DNA of 45,507 nucleotides, taken from UHGV virus genome UHGV-0108244. One strand, 5' to 3'. Below are positions 18,132-28,416 of this stretch, piece after piece. Every line of letters starts with the position of its first letter. The stretch's first letter is position 1. Source of the DNA: a virus. The translations under genes and the position numbers were made by a program. Under the pieces are notes generated by a model. That model searched no databases and was not told where the DNA came from. It worked only from the letters and a program-made list of their open reading frames with translations.

Positions 18132-19511
18132 GTGAAGCTATCCAGCATCCACGTTAAATCCCTCGCCATCAACGCCTCCAACATCTCAACGACAACCATC
18201 AACGGCCAGGAGCATTACGTCATTCGTGGTGCGGTTCCGATCGTCGATGACATTGTTATGAATGGCGGCCTGTACCCGGCGGAGGAGATTAACAACAGCT
18301 ACCAGACGATGGAAGGCAAGCTGATGCCTCTTCCGCACCCGATGGTAGATGGCAAGTATGTCAGCGCCAATGACCCGCGGGCCATTAACAGCTATCACGT
18401 CGGTGCATGGGCGCAGAACGTCAGTAAGTCAGGCGACCAGGTTGTCATGGACGTTTATATCAATAAGGCGGTCGCCGAGACAAAGCCTGACGGTAAGCGA
18501 CTGATTAATCGCCTTGATGAGATGATCGCTGGCACCAACACCGACCCGATCCACCTCTCTACCGGCTTACTCACGAACAAAGAGAGAAAATCAGGCGAGT
18601 CGAAGCAGAAGAAATACTCATGGATCGCTCGAAATATGCAGTTCGACCATATCGCTATCCTGCTCGATGAGCCGGGTGCCGGTACTCCAGAAGAAGGCGT
18701 CGGCATGTTCGTGAATGCCGATGGTCAGGAAGGCGAAGTCGAAACTGCAAGCCTCGTTGAAGCCGCAAATAGCCTCAAAGATGGCCTGCTGAACAAAGTG
18801 AAGTTCTTCCTCACCCACAACTCAGATGCCTCATTCGATGAAATCTACCAGATGCTGCGTGAAGCCATTCGCGCGCCGTCAGGCAGCGATGTGTATCGCT
18901 ATGTCGTGACCGTGTGGCCAGACAAATTCATCTTCGAAGAGGGCAATAAGCTCTTCCAGCAAAAATACCTCATCGACGACAGCACAGTCACGCTGGTCGG
19001 CGATCCAGTAGAGGTCGTGCGCAAACCCACTGAGTACGAAGTCAAAACCAACGGAGAAACAAACCCGATGAAAGAGAAGATGATCGCCGCGCTCAATGCC
19101 GCAGGCGTTAAAACCGAGGGGCTGACCGACGATCAGGTCTGGGATGCCTATAACCAGCAGGTTCAGAAGAAAGCAGGCGACCAGCCGGGTACTCAGATTA
19201 ACTCTGACGCGATTACTGCGGCAGTAAATCTGGCAATTAAGCCGCTGACTGACGAGATCAGCACGCTGAAAACTCAGCTGCAGGCCAACGCTGAAAAAGA
19301 CCTCAAGACCAAGCGTGAAGCGGTCAAAGCGAAATTCCCGTTCATGACCGAAGCGGCGATCAACTCGCTGGCCGGCGAAGCGCTGAACGACATGTATGCA
19401 CAGTGCCAAACCAGCACAGGTTTGAACCCATCTTTCCAGCAGGCCAATGCTGAAAATGACCAGTGGAAAGACTATGACCTCAACGCTGGCATCGATCAGG
19501 AGAAAAAATAA
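18132..19511 (+). CDS. DUF2213-like prohead protease/scaffold protein
   Basis: GTG start with GAGGA SD. 459 aa. Position before the capsid genes. Confidence 0.5.
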   Translation: MKLSSIHVKSLAINASNISTTTINGQEHYVIRGAVPIVDDIVMNGGLYPAEEINNSYQTMEGKLMPLPHPMVDGKYVSANDPRAINSYHVGAWAQNVSKSGDQVVMDVYINKAVAETKPDGKRLINRLDEMIAGTNTDPIHLSTGLLTNKERKSGESKQKKYSWIARNMQFDHIAILLDEPGAGTPEEGVGMFVNADGQEGEVETASLVEAANSLKDGLLNKVKFFLTHNSDASFDEIYQMLREAIRAPSGSDVYRYVVTVWPDKFIFEEGNKLFQQKYLIDDSTVTLVGDPVEVVRKPTEYEVKTNGETNPMKEKMIAALNAAGVKTEGLTDDQVWDAYNQQVQKKAGDQPGTQINSDAITAAVNLAIKPLTDEISTLKTQLQANAEKDLKTKREAVKAKFPFMTEAAINSLAGEALNDMYAQCQTSTGLNPSFQQANAENDQWKDYDLNAGIDQEKK

Positions 19512-19945
19512 TGGCTAACGTCATCTATCGTGGCCCGGTCGAGCGTGAGCCGGAAACCATCAACCTTCCTGTCGCATCTGCTCTCAATCCTGGGGTTGCC
19601 GTAAAAATCGCTTCCGGCAAGTTGGCGGCATCTGCAGACACTACCGGCCGCTGGTTCATCCTCGGAAATCGGCGCTTCATCGGTCAGGCGATTACTACTG
19701 CCTACGCAGCTAACGAGACTGGTGTGGCATATCGCGTGGAAGGGGAGCAGGAATATAACGTTCGCCTGGCAGCTGCAGCCTATACGGTAGGCCAGGAGCT
19801 GACCATCGGTACCGGCGGCGTATTCAAAGCGGCCGCAACCGGCAACCAGGTCGTCGCAACGTTCGACGAAAAAGCAGGGCGCACTCTGGCGGCGGAAGGT
19901 TTTGCCGACGTGGTGATCCTCTCCACTCCGTACGCCAAGGCATAA
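19511..19945 (+). CDS. Head structural protein (possible decoration or scaffold), 144 aa
   Basis: AGGAG SD. Ala/Gly-rich. Sits between the DUF2213-like gene and the major capsid gene. Confidence 0.45.
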   Translation: MANVIYRGPVEREPETINLPVASALNPGVAVKIASGKLAASADTTGRWFILGNRRFIGQAITTAYAANETGVAYRVEGEQEYNVRLAAAAYTVGQELTIGTGGVFKAAATGNQVVATFDEKAGRTLAAEGFADVVILSTPYAKA

Positions 19946-19956
19946 GGAAAACAAGA

Positions 19957-20988
19957 ATGTTAAAGTTTACTCCACAGCAGCAAAAGCTGATTCTCAATGC
20001 CCGCCGTCGCTGGGACATGATGCAGCGCAATATGGCTGCACAGCATGGCTTTGCAGTCAACGATACGAACGGTCAGTTCATTGCGTTTGATGAGCTTGTC
20101 GGTAACGCCTCCGTGCTGCCGAAAGATGTCTGGGGCGAATGGGACCGCTCTGCGATTACCGTTCAGCGTGACGTGCTGTCAGTGTTTAACGACCTGGCTG
20201 CCAGCGTTTCCCGCCCTATGGCGCTCGGTAAGATCGTCCATTACTTCATGACCCTGTCCGATTCCGGCGATGTAAACATCAGCCTGGATGGACGCGGCAA
20301 GGCGAAGGGCGATCAGCCTGTCATGGATTACGAAGGCACGCCGCTGCCGATCATCGACAGTGAGCTGACTTTCGGCTGGCGCCAGATGCTGGCAGCGCAG
20401 ACTGAAGGCTACTCTCTGGACAGCGACGCCATCTCCAACCATCAGCGCAAAGTGGCTGAGAAGCTCGAAGACATGGTGCTGAACGGCGATCCAAACATCA
20501 ACGTCGGAGGCGCGACCATTTATGGACTGCGTACTGCCCCTAACCGCGGAACCGGAACTCACGGCCTGACCCTGAACGGTGCCAGCGGCGCGCAGTGGGT
20601 TGCGGCAATCTCCGACCTGATTAACCTGCTGCATAACGAAAACTTCTATGCACCGGTGACGATCTACCTGAACTACAAAGACTGGTTCTACGCATCGGTT
20701 AACGACTATGCCGCGAACTATCCGAAGACCATCCTGTCCCGCATCATGGAAATTCCAGGCGTGGCCGCGCTGGTTCCGGCCTCCAGAGTTCCGACCGATG
20801 AACTGCTTGGCGTTGTTAAACGCCCCGACGTCGTTCAGATCCTGAATGGCATGCCGATGACCATGCGTCCGAAAGCACGCCTTAACCCGGAAGATGATTA
20901 TGTCTTCTCGGTTCTGGCCGCCGCGGCTCCGCAGTTCAAACACGATGCAAATGGCCAGGCTGGTTACGTTCAGCTGACCAAAGCATAA
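19957..20988 (+). CDS. Major capsid protein (DUF2184 family)
   Basis: 343 aa. Followed by a strong intrinsic terminator. Confidence 0.65.
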   Translation: MLKFTPQQQKLILNARRRWDMMQRNMAAQHGFAVNDTNGQFIAFDELVGNASVLPKDVWGEWDRSAITVQRDVLSVFNDLAASVSRPMALGKIVHYFMTLSDSGDVNISLDGRGKAKGDQPVMDYEGTPLPIIDSELTFGWRQMLAAQTEGYSLDSDAISNHQRKVAEKLEDMVLNGDPNINVGGATIYGLRTAPNRGTGTHGLTLNGASGAQWVAAISDLINLLHNENFYAPVTIYLNYKDWFYASVNDYAANYPKTILSRIMEIPGVAALVPASRVPTDELLGVVKRPDVVQILNGMPMTMRPKARLNPEDDYVFSVLAAAAPQFKHDANGQAGYVQLTKA

Positions 20989-20992
20989 CCTG

Positions 20993-21017
20993 TGGGGCTT
21001 CGGCCCCATCTTTTTTA
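20993..21017 (+). terminator. Intrinsic terminator TGGGGC-TTCG-GCCCCA-TCTTTTTT
   Basis: Perfect 6-bp stem with GNRA-like loop and T-run after the major capsid gene. Confidence 0.75.
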
Positions 21018-21027
21018 CGGAGGCCGC

Positions 21028-21315
21028 ATGGCTGGTAAAGAACAACAATGGCTGCTCACCCATGACAGCCACGAACTTAAAAAGGGCGAAGTTTACAAAG
21101 GTGAAACTCTCCCGCTTTGGCTGGTTGGTAAGGCAATCCCCGTGGGAGATCAGGTGCTGGAGGTGGCGACCCCGGCCGATCTGCAAAAGCTGCAGGCTGA
21201 CCTCGACGAGGCTAACGGCAAAGTAGAATCGCTAACCGCTGGTAATGCCAAGCTGCAGGCTGACCTCGACGAGGCTCAGAAACAAATCGACGAGCTGAAG
21301 AAAAAGGCGAAATAA
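21028..21315 (+). CDS. Hypothetical coiled-coil head protein; contains a duplicated KLQADLDEA segment
   Basis: GGAGG SD. The 27-nt direct repeat AAGCTGCAGGCTGACCTCGACGAGGCT occurs twice (about 21187 and 21250). Confidence 0.45.
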   Translation: MAGKEQQWLLTHDSHELKKGEVYKGETLPLWLVGKAIPVGDQVLEVATPADLQKLQADLDEANGKVESLTAGNAKLQADLDEAQKQIDELKKKAK

Positions 21316-21317
21316 CC

Positions 21318-21698
21318 ATGGCTGACCCAATCACAGCGGCAGACGTGCAGGCGTTCCTCGGTGAATTGGGTTACGCCATCCCCGCCGCGCTGCTCGATCC
21401 GATTCTCTGCGTGGTGAACAAGATTATCCCGTGCCTTGATGGTGCGGGGTATGACGAATGCACGGCAAAGCTCATTCTGATGTATGCCGCTGCGCTCATG
21501 GCGACGTCTTCTGGTGCCCGGCGAATAAAATCGCAGGGAGCGCCATCAGGCGCGTCGCGCTCGTTCGATTATGGAGATGACGGCATTACCTGGCTGCGTG
21601 ACTCGCTGGCGAAACTGGATACCAGCGGCTGCACCAGTGAACTACCTATCAGCGCCGGGAACAGTGTCGGCCTGTTTATGGTGGTCGGGGGCTGTTAA
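21318..21698 (+). CDS. Head-tail connector (DUF4054-like)
   Basis: Position and size. Confidence 0.45.
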   Translation: MADPITAADVQAFLGELGYAIPAALLDPILCVVNKIIPCLDGAGYDECTAKLILMYAAALMATSSGARRIKSQGAPSGASRSFDYGDDGITWLRDSLAKLDTSGCTSELPISAGNSVGLFMVVGGC

Positions 21699-21871
21699 TG
21701 GCATGGGTTTCAGTTCAGCAACGGCTGCCGCGGACGTTTACCCGGGTGTGGGTTATCACCGATACCGGCCAGCAAACGACGGCGTACGTGAAGAGCGACG
21801 GCGAGTGGTTCATTAACTGCGACCGCATACGCGCCACAGGCGCCGTTGTGCTGCGATGGAGGGATGACTGA
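21698..21871 (+). CDS. Small hypothetical protein, 57 aa
   Basis: Coupled ORF (ATGA overlap with the next gene). Confidence 0.3.
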   Translation: MAWVSVQQRLPRTFTRVWVITDTGQQTTAYVKSDGEWFINCDRIRATGAVVLRWRDD

Positions 21872-22233
21872 TGTCTTCGGTAGCTAATTGGTCATACACC
21901 GCGACGGCGACAATCTGGCGGCGCATACGCGATGCTGACGGTAGTGATACCGACGGCGGAGGTCAGCCGTATGGGTGGGAAGCGCCGATCGCTATCCTCT
22001 GCGACTACCAGGGTGGTCTCTCTGCAAAAATCGGTGACCTTGGCCGGGAGCTCGTTGTTAAAAACACGATATGGACCGAGTACGCAACGGCGCGGGAGGG
22101 AGATTACATCCTTATTGGCGCTTCGACCGATGCCGCACCGCCGGATGAGGCCGATGAGATTCGGCAGATCGTCCAGTTCGCAGATACTTTCGAGCGACTG
22201 GCGGACGATTATGCGATTATCACCGGCGCGTGA
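21871..22233 (+). CDS. Head-tail joining protein, hypothetical
   Basis: Position. Confidence 0.4.
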   Translation: MSSVANWSYTATATIWRRIRDADGSDTDGGGQPYGWEAPIAILCDYQGGLSAKIGDLGRELVVKNTIWTEYATAREGDYILIGASTDAAPPDEADEIRQIVQFADTFERLADDYAIITGA

Positions 22234-22332
22234 TAAAATGTAATGGCGCGGCTAGACCGGCCAGTCGAAAGCAGAGAACACAGACTCTGTTGCCGCGCAC
22301 CTCTCTCTGTGAAACCTACTGTGAGGTTTGTT

Positions 22333-22875
22333 ATGGCTAATGACCCTGATATCGATTTTTTACATCAATGTTTCAGTTATAACCCAAAAACTGGAATTAT
22401 TACCTGGAAACCTAGACCAAGGATTCATTTTTCAACCGAAAGGGTATTCAATACTTGGCACTCTAGATTTTGCGGGAAAGAAGCAGGTTGCTTGAACATC
22501 AATGGATATTTAGAGATTGGTATTCAAGGTAGGCTTATGAAGGCTCATCGTATAGCTTGGGCGCTATCTTACAGAGCCTATCCAGAGGGCTTCATTGACC
22601 ACATCAATGGTGTCAGAAACGATAATCGCCTAATTAATTTAAGGGATGTCGACAGGGTTGGTAATGGAAGGAATTCGGCAAGGCATAAAAATAATATCTC
22701 TGGCGTTTGCGGGGTACATTGGCGCTTAAGGGATAATCGTTGGGTTGCTTCGATTAACCATGCGGGTGGGCAGATTCACCTCGGATATTATGAGAGCCTG
22801 ATTGATGCTGTTGCTGCAAGAAAGTCAGCAGAATTTAAGTATGGCTACCATGAAAACCATGGGCGAGCCCAATAA
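22333..22875 (+). CDS. HNH-AP2 homing endonuclease inserted in the structural module (paralogue of 8806..9327)
   Basis: FIDHINGVRNDNRLINLRD and GVHWRLRDNRWVASI...GYYESLIDAVAARK. AT-rich, with its own GAGG SD. Confidence 0.7.
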   Translation: MANDPDIDFLHQCFSYNPKTGIITWKPRPRIHFSTERVFNTWHSRFCGKEAGCLNINGYLEIGIQGRLMKAHRIAWALSYRAYPEGFIDHINGVRNDNRLINLRDVDRVGNGRNSARHKNNISGVCGVHWRLRDNRWVASINHAGGQIHLGYYESLIDAVAARKSAEFKYGYHENHGRAQ

Positions 22876-22926
22876 TTCACAAAACAAGGTCGCTACGGCG
22901 GCCTTTTTTACGTCTGGAGTCTGATT

Positions 22927-23295
22927 ATGGGCGCTAAAGTTCGCGGCATCCGCCAGGCCAAGGCCAACCTCGATCGCATCATCAAAGACGTCCAGGGGCG
23001 TAAAGCCGTGCGGGCAATCCAGTCTGCGATGCTTATCGGCAGCGCGCAGGCAGCACTTTACACCCCGATCGATACGTCGACGCTCATCAACAGCCAGTTC
23101 CGCGAAATCATGGCTAACGGCACCAGGGTAACCGGGCGCGTTGGTTACTCCGCCAACTATGCGGTTTATGTTCACGACCCGGCAGTGAAGCAGAACTTCA
23201 CGCGAGCAACGGCCCGTAAGGAGTTCTTAACGAAGGGCTTCGAAGATACCCGCAGCCAGATTGACGCGGTGGTGAAGAAGGAGCTTTCGCTATGA
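22927..23295 (+). CDS. HK97 gp10-like tail completion/connector protein
   Basis: Size and position; sequence resembles the gp10 family. Confidence 0.5.
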   Translation: MGAKVRGIRQAKANLDRIIKDVQGRKAVRAIQSAMLIGSAQAALYTPIDTSTLINSQFREIMANGTRVTGRVGYSANYAVYVHDPAVKQNFTRATARKEFLTKGFEDTRSQIDAVVKKELSL

Positions 23296-23675
23296 CGCCC
23301 CCCATGTACATGCGCCTCAAAGACCTGTTTGTGGATGAGGGGCTTACCGCGGGGTTTAAGGTCCAGTGGCGGCAATGGCGCGACACCGGGAAAGATACCG
23401 ATCAGTTCATCGTGTTCCGGTCTTCCGGCGGTACCGATATCACCTTTGACCTCGGCGGCGACTGGTATGTGATGGTTGATGTGATCTCCTCGAAGGCGAA
23501 TCCCGATGCTGCGGACGCCGCGGTAAACGCCATTGTCGAGTATATCAGCGCGCAATCCGGCGCCGATGATTGCGTAGGCGCGCTACGGCTTGTCGGCAAT
23601 GTCCCGGCGCCGATCCCCACCGAAGAGGGCCGGTTAGTAACCCGGCTGCTCGTATCCTGCACATACGGCGAATAA
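23292..23675 (+). CDS. Tail terminator-like protein
   Basis: Position immediately before the major tail protein. Confidence 0.4.
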   Translation: MTPPMYMRLKDLFVDEGLTAGFKVQWRQWRDTGKDTDQFIVFRSSGGTDITFDLGGDWYVMVDVISSKANPDAADAAVNAIVEYISAQSGADDCVGALRLVGNVPAPIPTEEGRLVTRLLVSCTYGE

Positions 23676-23733
23676 TCGTCAGAATCACCCATCAGGCTGC
23701 CATATGGCGGCCTTTTTTAATTGAGAGGCATAC

Positions 23734-24498
23734 ATGCAAGGCTGCGCTAATGACACCGGCAAGCTGATTGGTAAGGTGGCCGTGCTCCGCATGGCTTTTG
23801 GCTGTGCTGATACGGTTCCTGCGCTTTCCGAATGGAAGCGACTCGGCGCCATGACCACCAAGGGCTTCGACTACTCCATGAATACCGTCACCTCTGAGGC
23901 TGACGATACGAAAGGTATGGTTGAGAACCTGGTCAACAATATGGACGTCACCATCTCCGGAGAAGGTGAGTTCCGTAAAAAAGACAAGACGACTGAAGTT
24001 GGCGCTATTGCCATCTCGAAATATATTTTCGATGAGGTGCAGGCCGGCCGTCAGCCGACAGTCTGGGTCCGCTTCGACTTCACTGGTGAAGACGCTGGCA
24101 CTTATATCATGGGCTACTTCAACACCACCTCCTGGTCTGGTGATTTCGGCACCACGGATATTTCGACCTTCTCCGGGGAATGGAAAGTCTACGATGCAGA
24201 CACCGTGGAATTTGAGGTCGCCCCTCCGGCGCTGGCGTTTACCACAAACCAGCCGACGACCAAGAGCGTGGTTGCCGGATCGGCTCTGAATATGTCGGTC
24301 GTGGTTGAGGGTGGCACTTCGCCTTACACCTACGTCTGGAAGAAAGACGGCACGGTTGTCAGCGGGCAAACAACGGCGACCTTCAACAAGGCCAGCGCTG
24401 CTTCTGGTGATGCCGGGGTTTATACCTGTGAAGTCACCGACTCTTCCGCGACACCAGTCAAGATCACGTCTGCATCCTGCACGGTCACTATCAGTTAA
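23734..24498 (+). CDS. Major tail protein with C-terminal Ig-like domain
   Basis: C-terminal GVYTCEVTD Ig motif. Confidence 0.7.
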   Translation: MQGCANDTGKLIGKVAVLRMAFGCADTVPALSEWKRLGAMTTKGFDYSMNTVTSEADDTKGMVENLVNNMDVTISGEGEFRKKDKTTEVGAIAISKYIFDEVQAGRQPTVWVRFDFTGEDAGTYIMGYFNTTSWSGDFGTTDISTFSGEWKVYDADTVEFEVAPPALAFTTNQPTTKSVVAGSALNMSVVVEGGTSPYTYVWKKDGTVVSGQTTATFNKASAASGDAGVYTCEVTDSSATPVKITSASCTVTIS

Positions 24499-24566
24499 CC
24501 GCCAGGCCATTTCGTGAATAGTACAAAGGGCGTTTACGCGCCCTTGATACTGTTTATGGAGCGACT

Positions 24567-25262
24567 ATGACCCCGATTAAAGAATTAGGCGAATGCGTTA
24601 TCGGTACCGGTGATCGGGAATTCTTTTTCCGGCCATCGTTTCGCAACATGGCGAGAATTGGTGAGCCCGAGGAGATTGTTCAGGCATTCTATGACCTGTG
24701 CAATGACGAGGCTACGCCATTCGCGCAGCGCGCAGCTGAGGCCTATATCCGCGATGAGTACAGCCGCCTTCCTGATTGCGTCATGCGGTTTATGCAAAGC
24801 GGGCTCCTGTCACGCAAAGCGATCATGGCGGCTCACACGGTACTGACAGCCTGCTGTGACGACGATATCGGCGATCTGGTTGGCTGGATGAAACCGGGGA
24901 AATCACGTAAGCGTGGCTTTGTCTGGCGCCCGGGCAGCATGCCGCCGGAAAGCATGGTCATCGTCGCGCAAAACCTGATGATGCACGGCATCATCGGCAA
25001 GGCGAAGGTGCGCAAGCTGCAGCGTTACGAAACGAATGAGACAACCGCAGAATTCCGCGCAGCCGACTACATCATGGCGGCGCGTAACCATTTCGGCATA
25101 AGCCGGGAAGAGGCTGAGAACCTCACGATGACAGAGTTCGCCATGATGATTAACGCCAAATACCCAAATCAGAACGGCTTCACGCGCGAAGAGTACGACA
25201 CGGTCATGGACGAAGACGATCGCCGCTGGCAGGCGATGATGGAAAGTCAGACAAATCATTAA
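24567..25262 (+). CDS. Putative tail assembly chaperone
   Basis: Position between the major tail protein and the tape measure. No G/GT frameshift site was found. Confidence 0.4.
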   Translation: MTPIKELGECVIGTGDREFFFRPSFRNMARIGEPEEIVQAFYDLCNDEATPFAQRAAEAYIRDEYSRLPDCVMRFMQSGLLSRKAIMAAHTVLTACCDDDIGDLVGWMKPGKSRKRGFVWRPGSMPPESMVIVAQNLMMHGIIGKAKVRKLQRYETNETTAEFRAADYIMAARNHFGISREEAENLTMTEFAMMINAKYPNQNGFTREEYDTVMDEDDRRWQAMMESQTNH

Positions 25263-25456
25263 GCGAGAAATTAGCAATTCGTGCTATTGAAAAAATTTTT
25301 TTCATTCATTCTGGTTCACCATGGTTAATCACATCTCATCATAGTTAATGATAGATAACTTATCGTAAATGGATGAAATTTATAGCCTATTTACATGAGC
25401 GTCCGCAGGCGATTTAATGAATCCAGCAGGCGCTCTTTAACAATTAGTTGCGAGTT

Positions 25457-25819
25457 TTACTTTTCGTCATCCAGATATCCCATGCGTCTACCAAGTATTG
25501 CTGCAAGTCTCCTGGCGTGCTCTTCACCTTCGCGCAGGATTTCCGCCGTGAACGGATCTTTTTTCGCAAGAGTGGTTAAGAATATTTCTTTTTCTTCAGG
25601 CGTTGAGGTGGCATTAAAAGCAGCCTGAGTTGAGTCGAAGTCAACCAGATCGCTTTCAGAAATAGCCTTATCGGTATCAAGCGCCTCTTGAAGTATCTGA
25701 ACGATCTCTGAGTTCATTGACCTGCCGTTGGCCTTGGCGCGCTCAGCTATTGCTTCACGCATTCCTGAGGGCAGCCTTACGTTAAACCTGTCCATTTCTT
25801 GGCTAGGGAATCTGCTCAT
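25457..25819 (-). CDS. mnt: Mnt-like ribbon-helix-helix repressor (Arc/MetJ family)
   Basis: FNVRLPSGMREAIAERAKANGRSMNSEIVQILQEAL matches P22 Mnt FNFRMPMEVREKLKFRAEANGRSMNSELLQIVQDAL. Confidence 0.7.
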   Translation of the reverse strand: MSRFPSQEMDRFNVRLPSGMREAIAERAKANGRSMNSEIVQILQEALDTDKAISESDLVDFDSTQAAFNATSTPEEKEIFLTTLAKKDPFTAEILREGEEHARRLAAILGRRMGYLDDEK

Positions 25820-25837
25820 AAGTCCTCAAATTTGCAA

Positions 25838-25916
25838 TTATGACGACAAATAATAGCACCAACTTGACATCGTTTAAAATGGTGCTAAATTGGTTGTAGA
25901 ACCAAGTTGACACCAT
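25838..25916. promoter_or_regulatory. Divergent operator/promoter region: inverted repeat ATAGCACCA...TGGTGCTA around TTGACA, and direct repeats ACCAACTTGACA / ACCAAGTTGACA
   Basis: Repeats read directly in the mnt-arc intergenic region. Confidence 0.5.
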
Positions 25917-25931
25917 AGAAGGAGATAGTAG

Positions 25932-26105
25932 ATGCAAGACGTACTCTATACCGGCCGCAAGAACGACAGTTTCCAGCTTCGTCTGCCAGAGCGAATGAAG
26001 GAGGATATCCGGCGCTTAGCTGAAATGGATGGGATTTCGATTAACTCTGCAATTGTGCAGCGTTTGGCAAAAAGCCTGCGTGAGGAGCGCATGAATGGTC
26101 AGTAA
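25932..26105 (+). CDS. arc: Arc-like RHH repressor, 57 aa
   Basis: FQLRLPERMKEDIRRLAEMDGISINSAIVQRL matches P22 Arc FNLRWPREVLDLVRKVAEENGRSVNSEIYQRV. AAGGAG SD. Below the ORF-track threshold. Confidence 0.65.
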   Translation: MQDVLYTGRKNDSFQLRLPERMKEDIRRLAEMDGISINSAIVQRLAKSLREERMNGQ

Positions 26106-26799
26106 AAACGACGAAGCCCTAACTACTTGCGATAGTCAGGGCTCCTTATCGAACAAATCCCGGAAAGGAAATATCGACATGATTATTGTACAGAACAAAG
26201 AGCTAAGTTTCCACAATACCAATTTTTCATATATGGAAATGGGCGGTCAGGTCTGGCTTACGGCTGCTGAGGTTGGTCAGGCTCTGGAGTACGCTGACGA
26301 TAAAGCCGTGCAGCGCATCTACTCACGCCATGCTGATGAATTTACAGCACAAATGACAGGGGTGGTCAAACTGACCACCCCTTCAGGAAAGCAGGAAGCG
26401 CGCGTTTTTTCTCTGCGTGGCGCCCATCTTGTAGCGATGTTTGCTCGCACGCCAAAGGCCAAAGAGTTCCGCCGCTGGGTGCTGGATATTCTGGATCGGG
26501 AAATGGCGCATTCGCCGATTGCGAAGCAGTTCAGTGACGAAGAGCTTTGCTCTCTGGCATGGTTATGGCGGGCCAGCGACGTCATGCTCAAAGCCTGCAA
26601 TAGCGTAACACCTTTACTGAGAGTGGCAGAGCATCGCCAGGCGGGACACTTTCATTCAATCGGTCAGGAGTATCCGAGGTCGATTAACAAGGCAAGAGAA
26701 GTGATTAAGCGCGAGACAGCGCATATCGAATTTCACCCATGGAAGGATGATAACTGGAGCAGGGTATTACCGCACCTGCGTCAGGAGATGTTGCAATGA
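26095..26799 (+). CDS. ant: Antirepressor with Bro-N domain (Ant-like). Start may be 26095 (coupled to the arc stop) or 26179.
   Basis: LSFHNTNFSYMEMGGQVWLTAAEVGQALEY Bro-N signature. Confidence 0.65.
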   Translation: MVSKNDEALTTCDSQGSLSNKSRKGNIDMIIVQNKELSFHNTNFSYMEMGGQVWLTAAEVGQALEYADDKAVQRIYSRHADEFTAQMTGVVKLTTPSGKQEARVFSLRGAHLVAMFARTPKAKEFRRWVLDILDREMAHSPIAKQFSDEELCSLAWLWRASDVMLKACNSVTPLLRVAEHRQAGHFHSIGQEYPRSINKAREVIKRETAHIEFHPWKDDNWSRVLPHLRQEMLQ

Positions 26800-26868
26800 T
26801 GCATAAATAGAAAAGCCGACAGTTCGCAGCTGCCGGCTATCCATAAATCTGTCATAAGGGTCCAACTA

Positions 26869-27621
26869 ATGACTTCATTAAATTTAGCACCAAAAAGCAG
26901 TGTTGTCACCGATAAAACCATTGATAGCCAGTCTTTGCTGATGATGGTTAATCAGGCTCGCAAGCAGTGCGGGGAGCCAGAGGTACGCAACAATAAGTTC
27001 ATTGAAAAAGTAGTCGACGAACTTGATGGGGAGTTTTACACAAAAAGTGTAAAACCCTCCGGCACCAATGGCGGCCGTCCTGTTGAGGTAATTGACATGA
27101 CGATCAAGCAGGCCCTTCGCGTGGCGGCCCGTGAGTCTAAAGCTGTTCGCCGCTCTTTGGTTGATAAGCTGGAAGACATGCAGGCTATCCAGGTGCCTAC
27201 TAAAAGCACTTCAGGACTTACTGAATACCGGCTTGCCAAAGCTGAACAACTCAAAGCTCAGGCGCTGGAGAAAAACATCGCATCGGCCCGTGAGCTGATG
27301 TCAATGTTCCCGCGGCTTGGTGAATCGGCTAACCAGGTGATCGTTGCCACCCTTGTTAACCCACTTCTCGGCCACGAAGTTGTGCCACTGCCGGCGATTG
27401 AAGAGCATTACTCAACGGCGGGTGAAGTAGCGGCGCAGCTCGGTTGCACTGCGAACAAGATCGGTCGCGTAGCCAATAAACACAACCTGAAAACTGAGCA
27501 GTACGGCAAGTTCTTTCTGGATAAGTCGAGACACTCAGATAAGCAGGTTGAGGCGTTTCGCTACAACGCCGAGGGAGTTCAGGCACTTCGCCATCTGATT
27601 AACGGTGCTGATGTTGCCTAA
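26869..27621 (+). CDS. Second regulatory protein, Rha/KilAC-antirepressor-like
   Basis: Weak resemblance to the Rha N-terminal pattern. Sits in the same island. Confidence 0.35.
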   Translation: MTSLNLAPKSSVVTDKTIDSQSLLMMVNQARKQCGEPEVRNNKFIEKVVDELDGEFYTKSVKPSGTNGGRPVEVIDMTIKQALRVAARESKAVRRSLVDKLEDMQAIQVPTKSTSGLTEYRLAKAEQLKAQALEKNIASARELMSMFPRLGESANQVIVATLVNPLLGHEVVPLPAIEEHYSTAGEVAAQLGCTANKIGRVANKHNLKTEQYGKFFLDKSRHSDKQVEAFRYNAEGVQALRHLINGADVA

Positions 27622-27666
27622 CTGCCTGATAATAAATCGAAGCACTAATTAGTGCTTTGGTCTCTC

Positions 27667-27689
27667 AAACCCGCTTAACTGCGGGTTTT
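27667..27689 (+). terminator. Hairpin AAACCCGC-TTAACT-GCGGGTTTT, a member of a repeated family
   Basis: Read directly from the sequence. Confidence 0.55.
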
Positions 27690-27714
27690 GTCGTTACCGC
27701 TAGATGGTGAAAAA

Positions 27715-27927
27715 ATGAATAATAAAATAAACGGCATTGTGGATGTAGGTGAAAAACAAGAGAGTCCAACCCCAGGCGAGCCCGCGGAGCTTGGTGGTAT
27801 AGGGGCCGATATTAAGTCCATGGAAAACAGGATTGTTGACAAAATGGACGAAAATCAGAAGTGGCTGGTTGGCCTTTTGGTGTCGGCAATACTGGTGCCT
27901 TTGTTCATCGCGTTGGTTACTAAGTAG
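27715..27927 (+). CDS. Small protein with C-terminal TM (XhlA/holin-like or tail-associated membrane protein)
   Basis: ENQKWLVGLLVSAILVPLFIALVTK hydrophobic tail. Confidence 0.35.
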   Translation: MNNKINGIVDVGEKQESPTPGEPAELGGIGADIKSMENRIVDKMDENQKWLVGLLVSAILVPLFIALVTK

Positions 27928-28001
27928 CGCTGCGGCGGGTTTTGTCGTATCGCTCCCCCTCTGCTACGATTGCCGCATCATTTACTGATGGGGATAGGGA
28001 T

Positions 28002-28403
28002 ATGAAACGCATCACGGCAGTGGCATTGCTTTCTCTCGCGTTAACCGGTTGCTATAAGTCCGCGCCAACTGAGCAAGAGGCGATCGATACGGCTAAAAAA
28101 GAAGTATTGATGGCTGTATGCGGTGATAAAAACAATAGTTGCGTAGATATTAGCGGTGGGAATGCACATGTCGCTGATCGAAGAAATGACAATACCAACC
28201 AAGTTACTGTTACTTTCAAAACAATCAAAGCCAATGGTGACGCACAGAAATCAAATGCTGTAAACGTAGATGCAGGCATGGTGGTCTACGACTTCGACGC
28301 CAAAACAGGTGAGACGTACATTAAACAACTTTCGCTCTGGTCCGATGATGGCAAGCACTCTATAGAACTATGCGGACATGATTATAAGTTTTGTCGAAAG
28401 TAA
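28002..28403 (+). CDS. Lipoprotein moron (signal peptide MKRITAVALLSLALTGC). Candidate superinfection-exclusion lipoprotein.
   Basis: Lipobox LTGC. AT-rich. Bracketed by hairpin terminators. Confidence 0.6.
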   Translation: MKRITAVALLSLALTGCYKSAPTEQEAIDTAKKEVLMAVCGDKNNSCVDISGGNAHVADRRNDNTNQVTVTFKTIKANGDAQKSNAVNVDAGMVVYDFDAKTGETYIKQLSLWSDDGKHSIELCGHDYKFCRK

Positions 28404-28416
28404 ATATTAACTCCCT

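Noticed and set aside
20179-21186. 335-aa minus-strand ORF
   Set aside because: Antisense to the major capsid gene. Shadow ORF.
23692-24510. 272-aa minus-strand ORF
   Set aside because: Antisense to the major tail protein. Shadow ORF.
24567-25262. G/GT-type programmed -1 frameshift in the tail chaperone
   Set aside because: No canonical slippery heptamer and no suitable downstream -1 frame ORF could be identified by eye.
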